64,000 nt of DNA from Brevundimonas sp. (lineage in GTDB: Bacteria; Pseudomonadota; Alphaproteobacteria; Caulobacterales; Caulobacteraceae): the NCBI GenBank assembly GCA_016742215.1, contig JACVCC010000004.1, positions 245,006 through 309,005 of the forward strand, read 5' to 3'. The position numbers were made by a program, and so were the translations under genes. This document shows, in pieces, positions 48,603-59,393 of the stretch (positions within the stretch are counted from its first letter, which is position 1; every line of letters begins with the position of its first letter). A model generated the notes under the pieces. That model did no database searches and had not been told where the DNA came from. It was given only the letters and a program-made list of their open reading frames with translations.

Positions 48603-49307
48603 ATGGCCGACCTGTCCGCCTTCCCGATCACCAGACGCTGGCCCGCGCAGCATCCGGACCGCCTGCAGCTGTATTCGCTGAACACGCCCAACGGGGTGAA
48701 GGTCTCGATCCTCCTGGAGGAGCTGGGCCTGCCCTACGAGCCGCATTTCATCGACATCATGAAGAACGAGACCTGGGGTCCGGAATTCCTGTCGCTGAAC
48801 CCCAACGGCAAGATCCCGGCGATCATCGATCCGGACGGCCCGGGCGGAAAGCCGCTGGCCCTGTTCGAGTCGGGCGCCATTCTGGTCTATCTGGCCGAGA
48901 AGACCGGCCGCTTCATCCCCGCCGATCCGGCCGGCCGCTACGAGACCCTGCAGTGGGTCATGTTCCAGATGGCGGCCATCGGCCCGATGTTCGGGCAGGT
49001 CGGCTTCTTCCACAAATTCGCGGGCAAGGACTACGAGGACAAGCGTCCGCGCGACCGCTACGTCGCCGAGGCGACCCGCCTGCTGAAGGTGCTGGACGAC
49101 CGGCTGGACGGCCGCGACTGGATCATGGGCGACGACTACACCATCGCCGACATCGCGACGCTGGGCTGGGTTCGCAATCTGGTCGGCTTCTACGAGGCCG
49201 GGGAACTGGTGAAGTTCAGTGAACTGAAGAACGTGCCCGGCTGGCTGGAGCGTGGACTGGCGCGCCCGGCGGTGCAGCGGGGGCTGGAGATTCCGGCGCG
49301 GCCCTGA
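48603..49307 (+). CDS. GST, YfcG-like (Nu class) disulfide oxidoreductase
   Basis: TPNG, LNPNGKIPAI, FESGAIL and GPMFGQ motifs. Confidence 0.92.
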   Translation: MADLSAFPITRRWPAQHPDRLQLYSLNTPNGVKVSILLEELGLPYEPHFIDIMKNETWGPEFLSLNPNGKIPAIIDPDGPGGKPLALFESGAILVYLAEKTGRFIPADPAGRYETLQWVMFQMAAIGPMFGQVGFFHKFAGKDYEDKRPRDRYVAEATRLLKVLDDRLDGRDWIMGDDYTIADIATLGWVRNLVGFYEAGELVKFSELKNVPGWLERGLARPAVQRGLEIPARP

Positions 49308-49322
49308 ACGCCCGCGGACACG

Positions 49323-49353
49323 AAAAAGGGGCGGCCCGTCGGGCCGCCCCTTT
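49323..49353. terminator. Bidirectional intrinsic terminator
   Basis: AAAAAGGGGCGGCCC-GTC-GGGCCGCCCCTTT. Confidence 0.85.
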
Positions 49354-49370
49354 CCTTCATGCGGCCTTGG

Positions 49371-50069
49371 TCAGGCCGCGTCGACCAGAACGATCTCGGT
49401 GTCCGACAGGGCCGTCACCGTCACGGTGTCGGTTTCGGCGATGGCCACGCCGTCGCGGGCGTTGGCGCGGACGCCGTTGACCTCGATGTCGCCGACCGCC
49501 GGGACCAGATAGCCGCGACGGGCCGCGCCCAGCGCATAGTCGGCGCTCTCGCCGGCCTTGAGGGTGGCGGCCACGACGCGGGCCTCGGCCCGGATCGGCA
49601 GGGCGTCGGCGTCAGCCTCAAAGCCCGAGGCCAGAACCACGAACTGGCCGGCGCGCTCGCCCTTGGGGAAGGGTCGCTGGCCCCAGCCGGGCTTTTCACC
49701 GCGGCGGGTCGGTTCGATCCAGATCTGGAACAGGGTCGTGGTGACCGGCTCGGCGTTGTACTCGGCGTGGCGGATGCCGGTGCCGGCGCTCATCACCTGG
49801 ACGTCGCCGGCTTCGGTGCGGCCCTTGTTGCCCAGGCTGTCCTCATGGGTGATCGCCCCCTCGCGGACATAGGTGATGATCTCCATGTCCGAGTGAGGGT
49901 GGGGCGGGAAGCCCGTGCCGGCGGCGATCTCGTCGTCGTTCCAGACTCGCAGCGCGCCCCAGCTCATCCGCTTCGGGTCGTAGTAGTTGGCGAACGAGAA
50001 GTGATGCTTCGCATTCAGCCAGCCGTGGTTGGCGCCGCCCAGTCCGGCGAAGGGTCTGACCTCGATCAT
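49371..50069 (-). CDS. Pirin family protein (YhhW-like)
   Basis: HHFSFANYYDP, HPHSDMEII and MSAGTGIRHAE motifs. Confidence 0.93.
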   Translation of the reverse strand: MIEVRPFAGLGGANHGWLNAKHHFSFANYYDPKRMSWGALRVWNDDEIAAGTGFPPHPHSDMEIITYVREGAITHEDSLGNKGRTEAGDVQVMSAGTGIRHAEYNAEPVTTTLFQIWIEPTRRGEKPGWGQRPFPKGERAGQFVVLASGFEADADALPIRAEARVVAATLKAGESADYALGAARRGYLVPAVGDIEVNGVRANARDGVAIAETDTVTVTALSDTEIVLVDAA

Positions 50070-50232
50070 CGTATGTCTCCGCGCCCCGCCTTCGGAGCGC
50101 TGTTGCTTGAAGCACAGATAGGAAGCGTCACGTCAATCTGCAACACCTGCGATTGCTAATCGAATTGCACGCGGCCGTGCGCTTGCGCAAAGCGCCTGAG
50201 CGTTCGCTTGAGAGCTGTTTTTCAGGAGGAAA

Positions 50233-50307
<75 letters not shown>

Positions 50308-50400
50308 GCCTTTGCGGCCCTGGAGGTAACCCCCGGGGCGGGAAGGCGCGGTCTATAACCCGAGGGCCTCGCCGGCCGCAAGGGTGAAACCGAAGGATTT

Positions 50401-50757
50401 TCAGGCAGCGACCATCCGCTCCACCTCGCCGACCAGGTCGCGCAGGTGAACGGGCTTGGCCAGGACCTTGGCCTGGGGGCTGGCCTGGGCGGCCGACAGG
50501 GCCACGGCGGCGAAACCGGTGATGAACATGATGCGGATGCCCGGCTGACGGGCGGCGGCCACGCGGGCCACCTCGATACCGTCAGCGCCCGGCATGACGA
50601 TGTCGGTCAGCAGCAGGTCCCACGGACCCTGGTCGAGCGCGTCGATGGCGTCGTCGCCGTTCTCGCAGTCGACGACCGAGTGACCGGCGCGCTCCAGCGC
50701 ACGGGTCAGGAAGCCCCGAAGCGAATGATCGTCTTCAGCCAACAGAATGCGCGCCAT
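50401..50757 (-). CDS. cpdR: Single-domain response regulator CpdR
   Basis: MARILLAEDD, LLLTDIVMPG, MFITGFAAVAL and KPVHLRDLV motifs; tRNA-Val/cpdR/amidohydrolase synteny. Confidence 0.93.
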   Translation of the reverse strand: MARILLAEDDHSLRGFLTRALERAGHSVVDCENGDDAIDALDQGPWDLLLTDIVMPGADGIEVARVAAARQPGIRIMFITGFAAVALSAAQASPQAKVLAKPVHLRDLVGEVERMVAA

Positions 50758-50811
50758 GCAGGTCTCGTCCGCCCCGGTCTCTTCAGCGAGAAAACGCTAC
50801 GCCCGCACTGG

Positions 50812-50826
50812 TAAACTCGCCATGAA
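50812..50826 (-). promoter_or_regulatory. Degenerate CtrA box upstream of cpdR
   Basis: Minus strand TTCA-N7-TTTA(C) versus consensus TTAA-N7-TTAAC; cpdR is a known CtrA target in Caulobacter. Confidence 0.55.
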
Positions 50827-50889
50827 AATCCCCGGTACGGCGAACGCGGCCGCTGTGGATGATCGGGCGAAACAGGCTAATGGTCGGGC

Positions 50890-51741
50890 ATGGACGGCGG
50901 CGCGGGCGAGACGGGGCGGGAGGACGGCGAGGGGCCGGTCCGGATCGTGCGTCCGGCGACGCCCGGCCGGTTCGTGTTCGCCTCGCCCCACTCCGGCGAC
51001 CACTATCCCGCGGACATGGACGCCGATCCGGCCCTGACCGAGGGCAGCCTGCGCAGCGCCGAGGACGCGCTGGTCGACCGGCTGATCGCACCCGGCGCAG
51101 AGCGTGGCGCGACCCTTGTGCTGGCGCGGATCGGACGAGGCTATGTGGATCTGAACCGCGACCCGGGAGAGCAGGACCCGGCGCTGGTCGAGGGGGTTGA
51201 GGGCGTCGCCACGCCGCGGGCGGCGGCGGGCTATGGCGTCGTGCCGCGGCTGACGGGGGACGGGCGGCCGCTGTATCAGCGGCGGCTGTCGCTGGAGGAG
51301 GCGCGCAGGCGGGTGGCGCGGGTCCATGCGCCCTATCACGCGGCGCTGGCGCAGGAACTGGAGGCGGCGAGGGCGCGGCACGGCGAGGCGGTGCTGGTGG
51401 ACTGGCACTCCATGCCGGCGCGGGCGACCCAGACGCCCGGCGGGCGACGGGGGCCGGACGTGGTGCTGGGCGACCGGTACGGCTCCTCCTGTTCGGCGGA
51501 GCTGACGCGAAAGCTGAGAAAGGCGTTCGAGGCGCTGGGCTGGCGGGTCGCGCTGAACCATCCCTATGCGGGCGGCTGGACGACCCAGACCTGGGCGCGG
51601 CCGCAGGAGGGCTTCCACGCCATCCAGATCGAGCTGAACCGGGCGATGTATTTCGACGAGATGGAGCGCGCGCCCGGCGCCGGCTGGTCCCGCACGCAGC
51701 GTGGCGTCGCCCGGGTCATCGCCGACCTGCTCGCGGGCTAG
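50890..51741 (+). CDS. N-formylglutamate amidohydrolase
   Basis: SPHSG, DLNR, PYHAAL, DWHSMP, NHPYAGG and QIELNR motifs. Confidence 0.92.
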   Translation: MDGGAGETGREDGEGPVRIVRPATPGRFVFASPHSGDHYPADMDADPALTEGSLRSAEDALVDRLIAPGAERGATLVLARIGRGYVDLNRDPGEQDPALVEGVEGVATPRAAAGYGVVPRLTGDGRPLYQRRLSLEEARRRVARVHAPYHAALAQELEAARARHGEAVLVDWHSMPARATQTPGGRRGPDVVLGDRYGSSCSAELTRKLRKAFEALGWRVALNHPYAGGWTTQTWARPQEGFHAIQIELNRAMYFDEMERAPGAGWSRTQRGVARVIADLLAG

Positions 51742-51825
51742 AAAAAAAGCCGCGCCCGGGGGCGCGGCATTGAAAGTCTATAGGGAGGAAACGCCCAGGA
51801 AGGGCATGACGCCGCGAGGCGTCGA
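51742..51825 (-). ncRNA. suhB/alpha-r8 family sRNA (MmgR/Sis-like)
   Basis: 5' hairpin GACGCC-UCGC-GGCGUC, core GGGCGUUUCCUCCCUAUAGACUU, terminator GCCGCGCCC...GGGCGCGGC-U7; convergent with the N-formylglutamate amidohydrolase gene, as described for mmgR. Confidence 0.85.
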
Positions 51826-51830
51826 AGATC

Positions 51831-51859
51831 AAGCTAGTGTGCGGTGCACAAATCGTCAA
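51831..51859 (-). promoter_or_regulatory. sigma70 promoter of the sRNA with TTGTGCA heptamer in the spacer
   Basis: TTGACG-N17-TAGCTT; TTGTGCA at 51845-51851 matches, from recall, the conserved element of mmgR promoters. Confidence 0.7.
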
Positions 51860-51994
51860 GCAGCTATTTCGCACCTGCGTTCACGCAATGTAACGGCATG
51901 ATTCTGCCATGGTCGGACGCCGTAAACGGTTTCAGGGGTGAACTTCACCTCGAAGCCTACGCGGTTGCGAACAGGCGTGACCATTGAAGGGACT

Positions 51995-52678
51995 CTATTG
52001 GTCCATCAGGCGGCGGGCGCTGCGGATGGCGCGGGCCGCGGGAGAGGCGGACTGGCGCCAGACCAGCAGGCAGAAGGCCGCGGCGACGCCGACCGCCAGC
52101 CACAGGGGTCCGAACAGCCAGGCTGCCGCCGCCAGGGCGAAATAATAGCCCCGAACACCCTGGCTGAAGGCGCTGAGCGCGGGATTGAGCAGGTTGGTCG
52201 CCGCCTCTCCAAGCGCGACCCGATCGGCCTCCGTATGGGCCTCGGGCGCGGCGCCGATCAGCGCCAGGGTGTAGTTCATCTGGCGCAGGGCCCAGATGAA
52301 ATCGAGCAGGCCGCGCACCAGGCAGATGAGAACCAGCGCCAGCTTGGCCTCCAGCACCGGCATGGGCACGGGCTCGGCGCCGACGGAGGCGAAGCCCTCC
52401 AGCGCCGACTGGCCGCCGAACAGGATGCCCGCCACCGCCGCGATCAGCAGCAGGTTGGTCGAGGCGAAGAAGCTGGCCGAGTTGATCGAGTGCCCCATCA
52501 ACTGGCTGTCGACCAGCCGCATCTCGCGATGGGCCATGGCCGTCATCCAGACGCGGCGGACGATGGCCATGTCGTCGTTGAGCGTGCCCGTGCGATGGGC
52601 CAGCACCTTGAGCAGCGGGTCGTAGCCCAGCCAGCACAGGAAGAAGAGGGCCAGCGCGGCATAGTCGAACGGCGTCAT
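51995..52678 (-). CDS. DUF599 membrane protein
   Basis: [13 protein letters not shown] and GVRGYYFA motifs. Confidence 0.88.
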   Translation of the reverse strand: MTPFDYAALALFFLCWLGYDPLLKVLAHRTGTLNDDMAIVRRVWMTAMAHREMRLVDSQLMGHSINSASFFASTNLLLIAAVAGILFGGQSALEGFASVGAEPVPMPVLEAKLALVLICLVRGLLDFIWALRQMNYTLALIGAAPEAHTEADRVALGEAATNLLNPALSAFSQGVRGYYFALAAAAWLFGPLWLAVGVAAAFCLLVWRQSASPAARAIRSARRLMDQ

Positions 52679-52822
52679 GATCTCTCCTGTCGCCCGAGTC
52701 GGCGGGCGTGTTCCGGACATACCACTTTAGTGTCGATACGCCGTGTCGCCTTGCTTCGGGCGCCGTCCGAGCCTATCACGCGCGCCTCCCCGTTTCGCAT
52801 CTGCAACATAGACGAGCCCGTC

Positions 52823-53380
52823 ATGAACCTCGACGCCATTCCCGTCGGCCCGAACCCGCCCTGGGACGTCAACGTCGTCATCGAGATCCCGCAGGGCGGG
52901 CTGCCGGTGAAGTACGAGATGGACAAGGCCTCCGGCGCCCTGTTCGTCGACCGCTTCCTGCACACGGCGATGTACTACCCGGGCAACTACGGCTTCATCC
53001 CCCACACCCTGTCGGACGACGGCGATCCCTGCGACGTGATCGTGCTGAACCCGGCCCCGGTCGTTCCCGGCTGCGTCATCCGCTCGCGCCCGATCGGCGT
53101 GCTGAAGATGGTCGACGAGGCCGGCGGCGACGAGAAGATCCTGGCCGTGCCGGTCGACAAGCTGAACCCGTACTACACGGACATCGCCAGCTACCGTCAG
53201 CTGCCCGCCATCCTGGTCGAGCAGATCGAGCATTTCTTCACCCGCTACAAGGATCTGGAGAAGGGCAAGTCGGTCACCGTGAAGGGCTGGGGCGACGCCG
53301 GCGAGGCCGCCGAACTGATCGCCGCCGGCATGAAGGCGCATCAGGAAAAGCTGAAGGCCAAGGCCGCCAACGCGGCGTAA
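52823..53380 (+). CDS. ppa: Inorganic pyrophosphatase (family I)
   Basis: [24 protein letters not shown] and [10 protein letters not shown] motifs. Confidence 0.96.
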   Translation: MNLDAIPVGPNPPWDVNVVIEIPQGGLPVKYEMDKASGALFVDRFLHTAMYYPGNYGFIPHTLSDDGDPCDVIVLNPAPVVPGCVIRSRPIGVLKMVDEAGGDEKILAVPVDKLNPYYTDIASYRQLPAILVEQIEHFFTRYKDLEKGKSVTVKGWGDAGEAAELIAAGMKAHQEKLKAKAANAA

Positions 53381-53403
53381 GCCTGACGGCGGAATGATTT
53401 CGG

Positions 53404-53433
53404 AAACCCCCGGCGGAGACGCCGGGGTTTTTT
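53404..53433 (+). terminator. Intrinsic terminator after ppa
   Basis: CCCCGGCG-GAGA-CGCCGGGG-TTTTTT. Confidence 0.85.
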
Positions 53434-53486
53434 GTTTGTGGCGCCAGCGGCCTTCACCCCCGCCTCCCGACACGCTAACTGACCCC

Positions 53487-55361
53487 ATGGCCTCAGCCGA
53501 AAGTCCTGCCGATCTGTTCAAGCGTGCGCTCGCCCATGCAGCGCGGGCGCTGGCCGAGCAGTCGGAGCTGGAGGTGAATTTCGGATCCGAGGGACCGAAG
53601 CTGGCGAACGGGGTGCTGACCCTGCCGCATCCGCCGCGCGACACCTCGGGCCCCGAGAGCGCCTCACTGCGCGGACAGGCGGACCGGCTGGCGCTGCGCC
53701 TGGCCAATCACGACGAAGCGCTGAACGCCCGGCTCAGGCCGCAGGACACACGCGCCGCCGAGGCCTTCGAGGCCATGGAGCAGGCGCGGGTCGAGGCCGT
53801 GGGTTCGCAATCGCTGGCGGGCGTGCGCGCCAATATGGACGCGGCCCTGCTGACCCGGCTGGAGAAGATGGGCGCGCTGCGCGTCACCGACGCCGAGCGG
53901 GTGCCGGCGGCAGAGGCGGTGGGCCTGCTGGTGCGCGAACGGTTGACAGGCAAGCGGGCGCCGGACGGAGCCGGCACGATGCTGGATCTGGTCCGCACCG
54001 AGATCGAGAACAAGGCGGGGGCGAAGCTCGACGCCCTGGCCGCCGTGGCAGACGACCAGGCCGCCTTCGCCGAGCGGGTGAAGGATGTGCTGCGGGCGCT
54101 GGATCTGGATCCGGGCGACGGGCGCGGCGACGACACATCGGAAGACGCCGGCGACGAGGCGCCGGATCCGCAGGACCCTGACGCGGCCGATCCCGAGGAT
54201 CAGGAAGAGGAAGACGCCGGCGGCGGCGAGGGCCAGTCGATGGACGGCTCGGCCGACGACCAGACGGCGGGCGACGAGCGCGACGCCCGGCCCGACGGCG
54301 CCCCGGCCGACCCGGACGGCGAGGCCTCGGACGACGGCCCGGAGCTGAACGAGGGCGCCCTGCCCAACCGCCAGCAGACGATGGATGACGGTCGAAAGAT
54401 CGACGCCTACCGCGTCTTCACCACCGCCTTCGACGAGGTGGTGGACGCCGCCGAGCTGTGCGACCCGAACGAGCTGGACCGCCTGCGCAGCCTGCTGGAC
54501 CAGCAGCTGACGGCCCTGTCCTCGGTGGTGGCGCGGCTGGCCAACAAGCTGCAGCGCCGGTTGATGGCGCAGCAGAACCGCAGCTGGCATTTCGATCTGG
54601 AAGAGGGGGTGCTGGACACCGCCCGCCTGACCCGGATCATCACCGATCCGACCTCGCCGCTCAGCTTCAAGGCCGAGAGCGAGAGCCCGTTCCGGGACAC
54701 GGTCGTGACCCTGCTGCTGGACAACTCAGGCTCGATGCGCGGGCGGCCGATCATGGTGGCCGCGGTGTGCGCCGACATCCTCGCGCGGACGCTGGAGCGG
54801 TGCGGGGTGAAAGTCGAGATTCTGGGCTTCACCACCCGGGCATGGAAGGGCGGCCAGAGCCGCGAAGCGTGGATCAGCGCCGGCAAGCCTCCGATGCCCG
54901 GCCGTCTGAACGACCTTCGCCACATCATCTACAAGGCCGCCGACGCGCCGTGGCGGCGGGCAAAGAAGAACCTCGGCCTGATGATGCGCGAGGGGCTGCT
55001 GAAGGAGAATATCGACGGGGAGGCCCTGCTGTGGGCGCACGACCGGCTGATGGCGCGGCCCGAGCAGCGGCAGATCCTGATGGTGATCTCGGACGGCTCG
55101 CCGGTCGACGACTCGACCCAGTCGGCCAATGCGGCGCTGTATCTGGACAAGCACCTGCGGCAGGTGATCGAGCAGATCGAGACGAAGTCGTCGGTCGAGC
55201 TGCTGGCCATCGGCATCGGCCACGACGTGACGCGCTGGTACCGCCGCGCAGTGACCATCGTGGATGTCGAGCAGCTGGGCGGCGTGATGATCGAGAAACT
55301 GGCCGAGCTGTTCGAGGCCAAGGAAGAGGCGCCGACGCGCCGCTCGAGGAGAGCCGCATGA
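53487..55361 (+). CDS. cobT: Cobaltochelatase subunit CobT (VWA domain)
   Basis: RGQAD, EQARVEA, acidic linker, [15 protein letters not shown] and [11 protein letters not shown] motifs. Confidence 0.93.
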   Translation: MASAESPADLFKRALAHAARALAEQSELEVNFGSEGPKLANGVLTLPHPPRDTSGPESASLRGQADRLALRLANHDEALNARLRPQDTRAAEAFEAMEQARVEAVGSQSLAGVRANMDAALLTRLEKMGALRVTDAERVPAAEAVGLLVRERLTGKRAPDGAGTMLDLVRTEIENKAGAKLDALAAVADDQAAFAERVKDVLRALDLDPGDGRGDDTSEDAGDEAPDPQDPDAADPEDQEEEDAGGGEGQSMDGSADDQTAGDERDARPDGAPADPDGEASDDGPELNEGALPNRQQTMDDGRKIDAYRVFTTAFDEVVDAAELCDPNELDRLRSLLDQQLTALSSVVARLANKLQRRLMAQQNRSWHFDLEEGVLDTARLTRIITDPTSPLSFKAESESPFRDTVVTLLLDNSGSMRGRPIMVAAVCADILARTLERCGVKVEILGFTTRAWKGGQSREAWISAGKPPMPGRLNDLRHIIYKAADAPWRRAKKNLGLMMREGLLKENIDGEALLWAHDRLMARPEQRQILMVISDGSPVDDSTQSANAALYLDKHLRQVIEQIETKSSVELLAIGIGHDVTRWYRRAVTIVDVEQLGGVMIEKLAELFEAKEEAPTRRSRRAA

Positions 55362-56335
55362 TGACGCTGCGCCGCCTGCTTCCCACCCTCGCAGCCCTGA
55401 CGCTGGCGGCCTGCGCGGGCGTGACGCCGGTGGCGACGATCCAGTCTCCCGCCTCGGGCTGGATGCCTGCGGAGGCCGGCGTGCGGCCGGTCGGGCTGGG
55501 TCTGCCCGGCGGCGCGCGACTGGCCGAGGGCGTGACGTTTGCGGGCGGAGTAGAGTTGGTGCTGGCGGCAGACTCGCCGCTGCACAGCCTGTCGGACCTG
55601 AAGATCATCTCCGGCCCGGAGTTCGTCAGCGTCAGCGACGCGGGCGACCTGGTGCGGGGCGTGCTGGTGCGGGACGAGGCCGGCCGGCTGACCGGCGTCG
55701 CCGAGCTGATGTACCGACGGCTGACCCTGACCGACGGGACGCCGATCGTGGAGAAGGTCGATGGCGACGCCGAGGGGCTGCTGATCACTCGCGGCGGCGA
55801 CCTGCTGGTCAGCTTCGAGCGCAGGCATCGCATCTGGAACTACGGCGACGTCAGGGAGCCGAGCGCGAGGCCGACTGTGGCGAGGCATCCGGACGCAACC
55901 TTCCCGCTGAACGACGGGATGGAGGGCATCTCGACGGGCATCCGTGACGGCTGGCGCGTCTCGGCCGAGAACGGCGGGGTCTGGGACTGCACACCGCGGG
56001 CCTGCACGGTCGTCACTCCCGCGCCGGACACGCCGGCGACGGACGGCGAGTATCGCACCACCGGCATGGATCGGGACGAGGCGAACGGCGGCTATTTCAT
56101 CGTCCAGCGCAGCTTCGCCCCGCCGCTGGATGCTCGCGCCCAGGTCCGCCGGATGGCAGCCGACGGCTCACTCGGGCCCGTGCTGGTCGAGCTGAAGCTG
56201 CCGGGCACGACGGACAATTTCGAGGGCATCGCGGCGGTCCGGAACGGCGCGACGACGCGCCTCTACATCCTGTCGGACGACAACAACAACGCGCCGCAGC
56301 GGACGCTGCTGCTGGCGTTCGATATCGCGAACTAG
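55358..56335 (+). CDS. Esterase-like activity of phytase family lipoprotein
   Basis: Lipobox LAAC, DAEGL, SFER, DNFEGI and LSDDN...QRTLL motifs; ATGA overlap with cobT. Confidence 0.85.
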   Translation: MMTLRRLLPTLAALTLAACAGVTPVATIQSPASGWMPAEAGVRPVGLGLPGGARLAEGVTFAGGVELVLAADSPLHSLSDLKIISGPEFVSVSDAGDLVRGVLVRDEAGRLTGVAELMYRRLTLTDGTPIVEKVDGDAEGLLITRGGDLLVSFERRHRIWNYGDVREPSARPTVARHPDATFPLNDGMEGISTGIRDGWRVSAENGGVWDCTPRACTVVTPAPDTPATDGEYRTTGMDRDEANGGYFIVQRSFAPPLDARAQVRRMAADGSLGPVLVELKLPGTTDNFEGIAAVRNGATTRLYILSDDNNNAPQRTLLLAFDIAN

Positions 56336-56922
56336 ATCTTTTCGCTGACCTTGATCGCCACCCGGCATCCCGCCTTGATGACGGCGCTGAGCAGTTCATA
56401 GGCCGGAGCGTCGCGGCTGCCGTGCTCGACGGCGTGGTCGTGGTGCGCCAGCTCTTCCTCGCGGAAGCGGGTCAGTTCGGCGGCGAGCGCGGGATCCTGA
56501 TCCTGCATCTCGGCAATCTGGTCGGCGTAGTGCTCCTCGATCACGCTCTCGACCGCCTCGGTGCAGGCGTGGGCGGCCTTCTCGCTGATCAGGGCGGTGC
56601 CGGCGCCGAGGGCGAGGGCGGCGACGCGCCAAAGCGGGGTCATCACCGTAGGACGGACGTTCTCGGCCTTCAGCAGGGCCTGGAAGCGATCCAGATGGAC
56701 CTGCTCCTGACCGCGCATCTCCTCCATGTCGGCGGCGATGGCCTCCTTGCCGGCGCGGCCCTCGAACACGGCGCGCTGGGCGCGGTAGATGTGGACGGCG
56801 GCGTATTCGCCCGCGTGATCGACGCGCAGGATCTCGTCGCGACGGCGCTTGCTGGCGCCCCGGCCGGGACGCGGCAGGGGCACGCGGCGGGCGTCGGTGT
56901 CAGATGCGGGGTGCGCGGGCAT
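56332..56922 (-). CDS. coq7: Demethoxyubiquinone hydroxylase (Coq7)
   Basis: RVDHAGEYAAVHIY, EQVH, EEHY and EELAH di-iron motifs. Confidence 0.92.
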   Translation of the reverse strand: MPAHPASDTDARRVPLPRPGRGASKRRRDEILRVDHAGEYAAVHIYRAQRAVFEGRAGKEAIAADMEEMRGQEQVHLDRFQALLKAENVRPTVMTPLWRVAALALGAGTALISEKAAHACTEAVESVIEEHYADQIAEMQDQDPALAAELTRFREEELAHHDHAVEHGSRDAPAYELLSAVIKAGCRVAIKVSEKI

Positions 56923-57433
56923 CCTTGGGCCTCTTGGCGGCGAGCAGGCTGAACACGGCAAGCGCGGCCGAGATCAGGGCGTTCCATCCTGCCATGCTGA
57001 GGCCGAGGAAGCTCCACGTCACCGCGTCGCACATGGCCACCCGGGTGACCGGGCCGCTGCCGAGCGCGAGCGAGGTCAGGCTTTCCAGATCGACGTCGCC
57101 GCCGCCCGAGCAGGTCGCCGGCAGCTCCCACCACTTCAGCTCGCCGCCCATGTGGAAGACGGCGGTGATGGCGCCGGTGGCGAAGACCACGGCCAGCAGG
57201 AAGGCGGCGATGCGCGGCGTGCCGCGGCTGCCGCGACTGACCACGTGCCAGAGGGTGGCGATCAGGGCGATAGCGGCAGCGCCCCAGTAGACCTCGCGCT
57301 GCTTGAGGCAGAGGTTGCAGGGGTTGAGCCCGGCGAAGCGCTCGAACGCATGGGCGGCGCCCAGCATGGCCAGCGAGGCCAGAAGGGCGAAGGCGGTCCA
57401 CCACCGCGTCAGGAGTCGATACAGGCCTCTCAT
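56900..57433 (-). CDS. dsbB: DsbB family disulfide bond formation protein
   Basis: PCNLCLKQR, second Cys pair and LGLSMAGWN motifs. Confidence 0.88.
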   Translation of the reverse strand: MRGLYRLLTRWWTAFALLASLAMLGAAHAFERFAGLNPCNLCLKQREVYWGAAAIALIATLWHVVSRGSRGTPRIAAFLLAVVFATGAITAVFHMGGELKWWELPATCSGGGDVDLESLTSLALGSGPVTRVAMCDAVTWSFLGLSMAGWNALISAALAVFSLLAAKRPKDARAPRI

Positions 57434-57497
57434 CGGACGACGTTCATAGCCGGGCTTCGGCACAGGGGTAAGACCCTTCTCCCTTCCGGAGAGGCGA

Positions 57498-58073
57498 TCA
57501 GATGAACTTCACCGCAAGGAAGGCGGCCAGAAGAACGCCGAGGCCGATGAAGGTCCACAAGGCCAGACGCTTCTCGACCATCTCCAGCACCGCCGGTCCC
57601 CACTGCTTCAGCACGAAGGCGACGAGGAAGAAGCGACCGGCGCGCGTGACGGCGCAAAGGGCGAGGAACAGGGCGAAGTTGAACTGGAAGATGCCCGAGG
57701 CGATGGTGATCAGCTTGAACGGAATGGGCGTCAGACCCTTGATCAGGATCACCCAGGCGCCGTGCTCCTGGAATAGTTCCTTGGACGCCTCGAAGGTGTC
57801 GGCCTTGCCCAGCCAGGTCAGGATCATCATCCCGACGTCCGTCAGGAAATAGCCGATCGCATAGCCGAGGATGGCCCCCAGAACCGAGGCCACGGTGCAG
57901 ACGGTCGCGTAGTAGTACGCCCGGTCCGGACGGGCGAGGACCATCGGTCCCAGCATGACGTCCGGCGGGATCGGGAAGAAGGAGCTTTCGGTGAAGGACA
58001 CCACGGCCATGGCCGGCGTGGCGTGCTTGCTGCGGGCCAGAGAGAAGACCCAGTCGTAGAGCTTGCGGAGCAT
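57498..58073 (-). CDS. YqaA/DedA family membrane protein
   Basis: ESSFFPIPPD and GLTPIPFKL motifs. Confidence 0.9.
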   Translation of the reverse strand: MLRKLYDWVFSLARSKHATPAMAVVSFTESSFFPIPPDVMLGPMVLARPDRAYYYATVCTVASVLGAILGYAIGYFLTDVGMMILTWLGKADTFEASKELFQEHGAWVILIKGLTPIPFKLITIASGIFQFNFALFLALCAVTRAGRFFLVAFVLKQWGPAVLEMVEKRLALWTFIGLGVLLAAFLAVKFI

Positions 58074-58213
58074 GAGATTCCCGAGACGCGAACCATCGCC
58101 TCTAGCAGGACCCGGCGGGACGCGCACGGCGAAACACCGGGTGAGTCGCGCTCGCGGCGATCGGCCGCTATAAGGCGCGCGCCGTTCCCTTCCCCCCAAA
58201 GCCCGGAAAACCC

Positions 58214-58654
58214 ATGCGCTATCTGCACACCATGGTCCGCGTGACGGATCTCGACGCCTCGTTGCGCTTCTGGTGCGACCTGCTCGGACTGGAGGAGGTG
58301 CGCCGCACCGAGAACGAGGGCGGGCGCTACACGCTCGTCTTCCTGGCCGCGCCGAAGGACCGGGACCGCTCGGCCGCCGAGCGCTCGCCGGAAGTCGAGC
58401 TGACGTACAACTGGGACCCCGAGGTCTATACGGGCGGACGCAATTTCGGCCATCTCGCCTATCGCGTGGATGACATCTACGCCGCCTGCCAGCGGCTGAT
58501 GGACGGCGGGGTGACGATCAACCGGCCGCCGCGCGACGGCAACATGGCCTTCGTCCGCTCGCCGGACGGCATCTCCATCGAACTGCTGCAGGAAGGTCCG
58601 GCCAAGGCGCCGGCAGAGCCCTGGGCTTCCATGCCGAATACGGGGACCTGGTGA
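58214..58654 (+). CDS. gloA: Lactoylglutathione lyase (VOC family)
   Basis: [20 protein letters not shown] and [10 protein letters not shown] motifs. Confidence 0.88.
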   Translation: MRYLHTMVRVTDLDASLRFWCDLLGLEEVRRTENEGGRYTLVFLAAPKDRDRSAAERSPEVELTYNWDPEVYTGGRNFGHLAYRVDDIYAACQRLMDGGVTINRPPRDGNMAFVRSPDGISIELLQEGPAKAPAEPWASMPNTGTW

Positions 58655-59271
58655 CCTTGAAGTTCCACACCCTTCTGTCGACAGCGGCGCTGCTGGCGCT
58701 GACCGCCTGCGCCTCGGCCACCGAGACAAACCCGGCCCGCACCGCGACCGAACAACTTCTGATCGCCCGCGCCGCAGACCGCGCCGTCGAAGGCCTGACC
58801 CTGCCGATCCCGGCGGGATCGCGGGTGTTCGTGGACGAGCTGTATTTCCGCGTCGACAACGCTCCCTACGCCATCAGCGCCATCCGCAGCGCCCTGTCGG
58901 AGGCCGGCTATGCGGTCGTGCCGACCAAGGCCGAGGCGGATGCGGTGCTGGAGGTGCGCGCCGGCGCCCTGTCGCTGGAGCAGATGCGTCGGGTGGTCGG
59001 CCTGCCGGACATGCGCGTGCCGGTGAACGAGACGCTGAACGTGGTCTCGATCCCCGAACTGTCGATCTACAGCCGTCGCGACCGGATCGGCGTGGCCGAG
59101 TTCTCGGGCTTCCTCTACGAGCCGCGCACCGGGGCGCCGCTGGGCGCTGTCCTGCCGATGACGGGCTCGTTCCGGATCCGCAGCCACAAGGTCCTGATGA
59201 TCGTCTCCTGGGGCCAGCAGACCGTCGATCCGGGCGAGCGCGAGCCGGGCGACAGCTGGACGCAATTCTAG
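58651..59271 (+). CDS. Hypothetical lipoprotein (possibly DUF6655-like)
   Basis: Lipobox [20 protein letters not shown]; GTGA overlap with gloA. Confidence 0.7.
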   Translation: MTLKFHTLLSTAALLALTACASATETNPARTATEQLLIARAADRAVEGLTLPIPAGSRVFVDELYFRVDNAPYAISAIRSALSEAGYAVVPTKAEADAVLEVRAGALSLEQMRRVVGLPDMRVPVNETLNVVSIPELSIYSRRDRIGVAEFSGFLYEPRTGAPLGAVLPMTGSFRIRSHKVLMIVSWGQQTVDPGEREPGDSWTQF

Positions 59272-59393
59272 GGGCTTCAGCCTCGCGATATCCGGCTGTT
59301 CTTTCATCCCGGCGGCTCGGGTCCGGCGCATCCGGGTTGCGCGTCATCCTCCGAGCGGTGAATGTCGCGCCCTCGCTTTCCGGAGGGTTGTCC

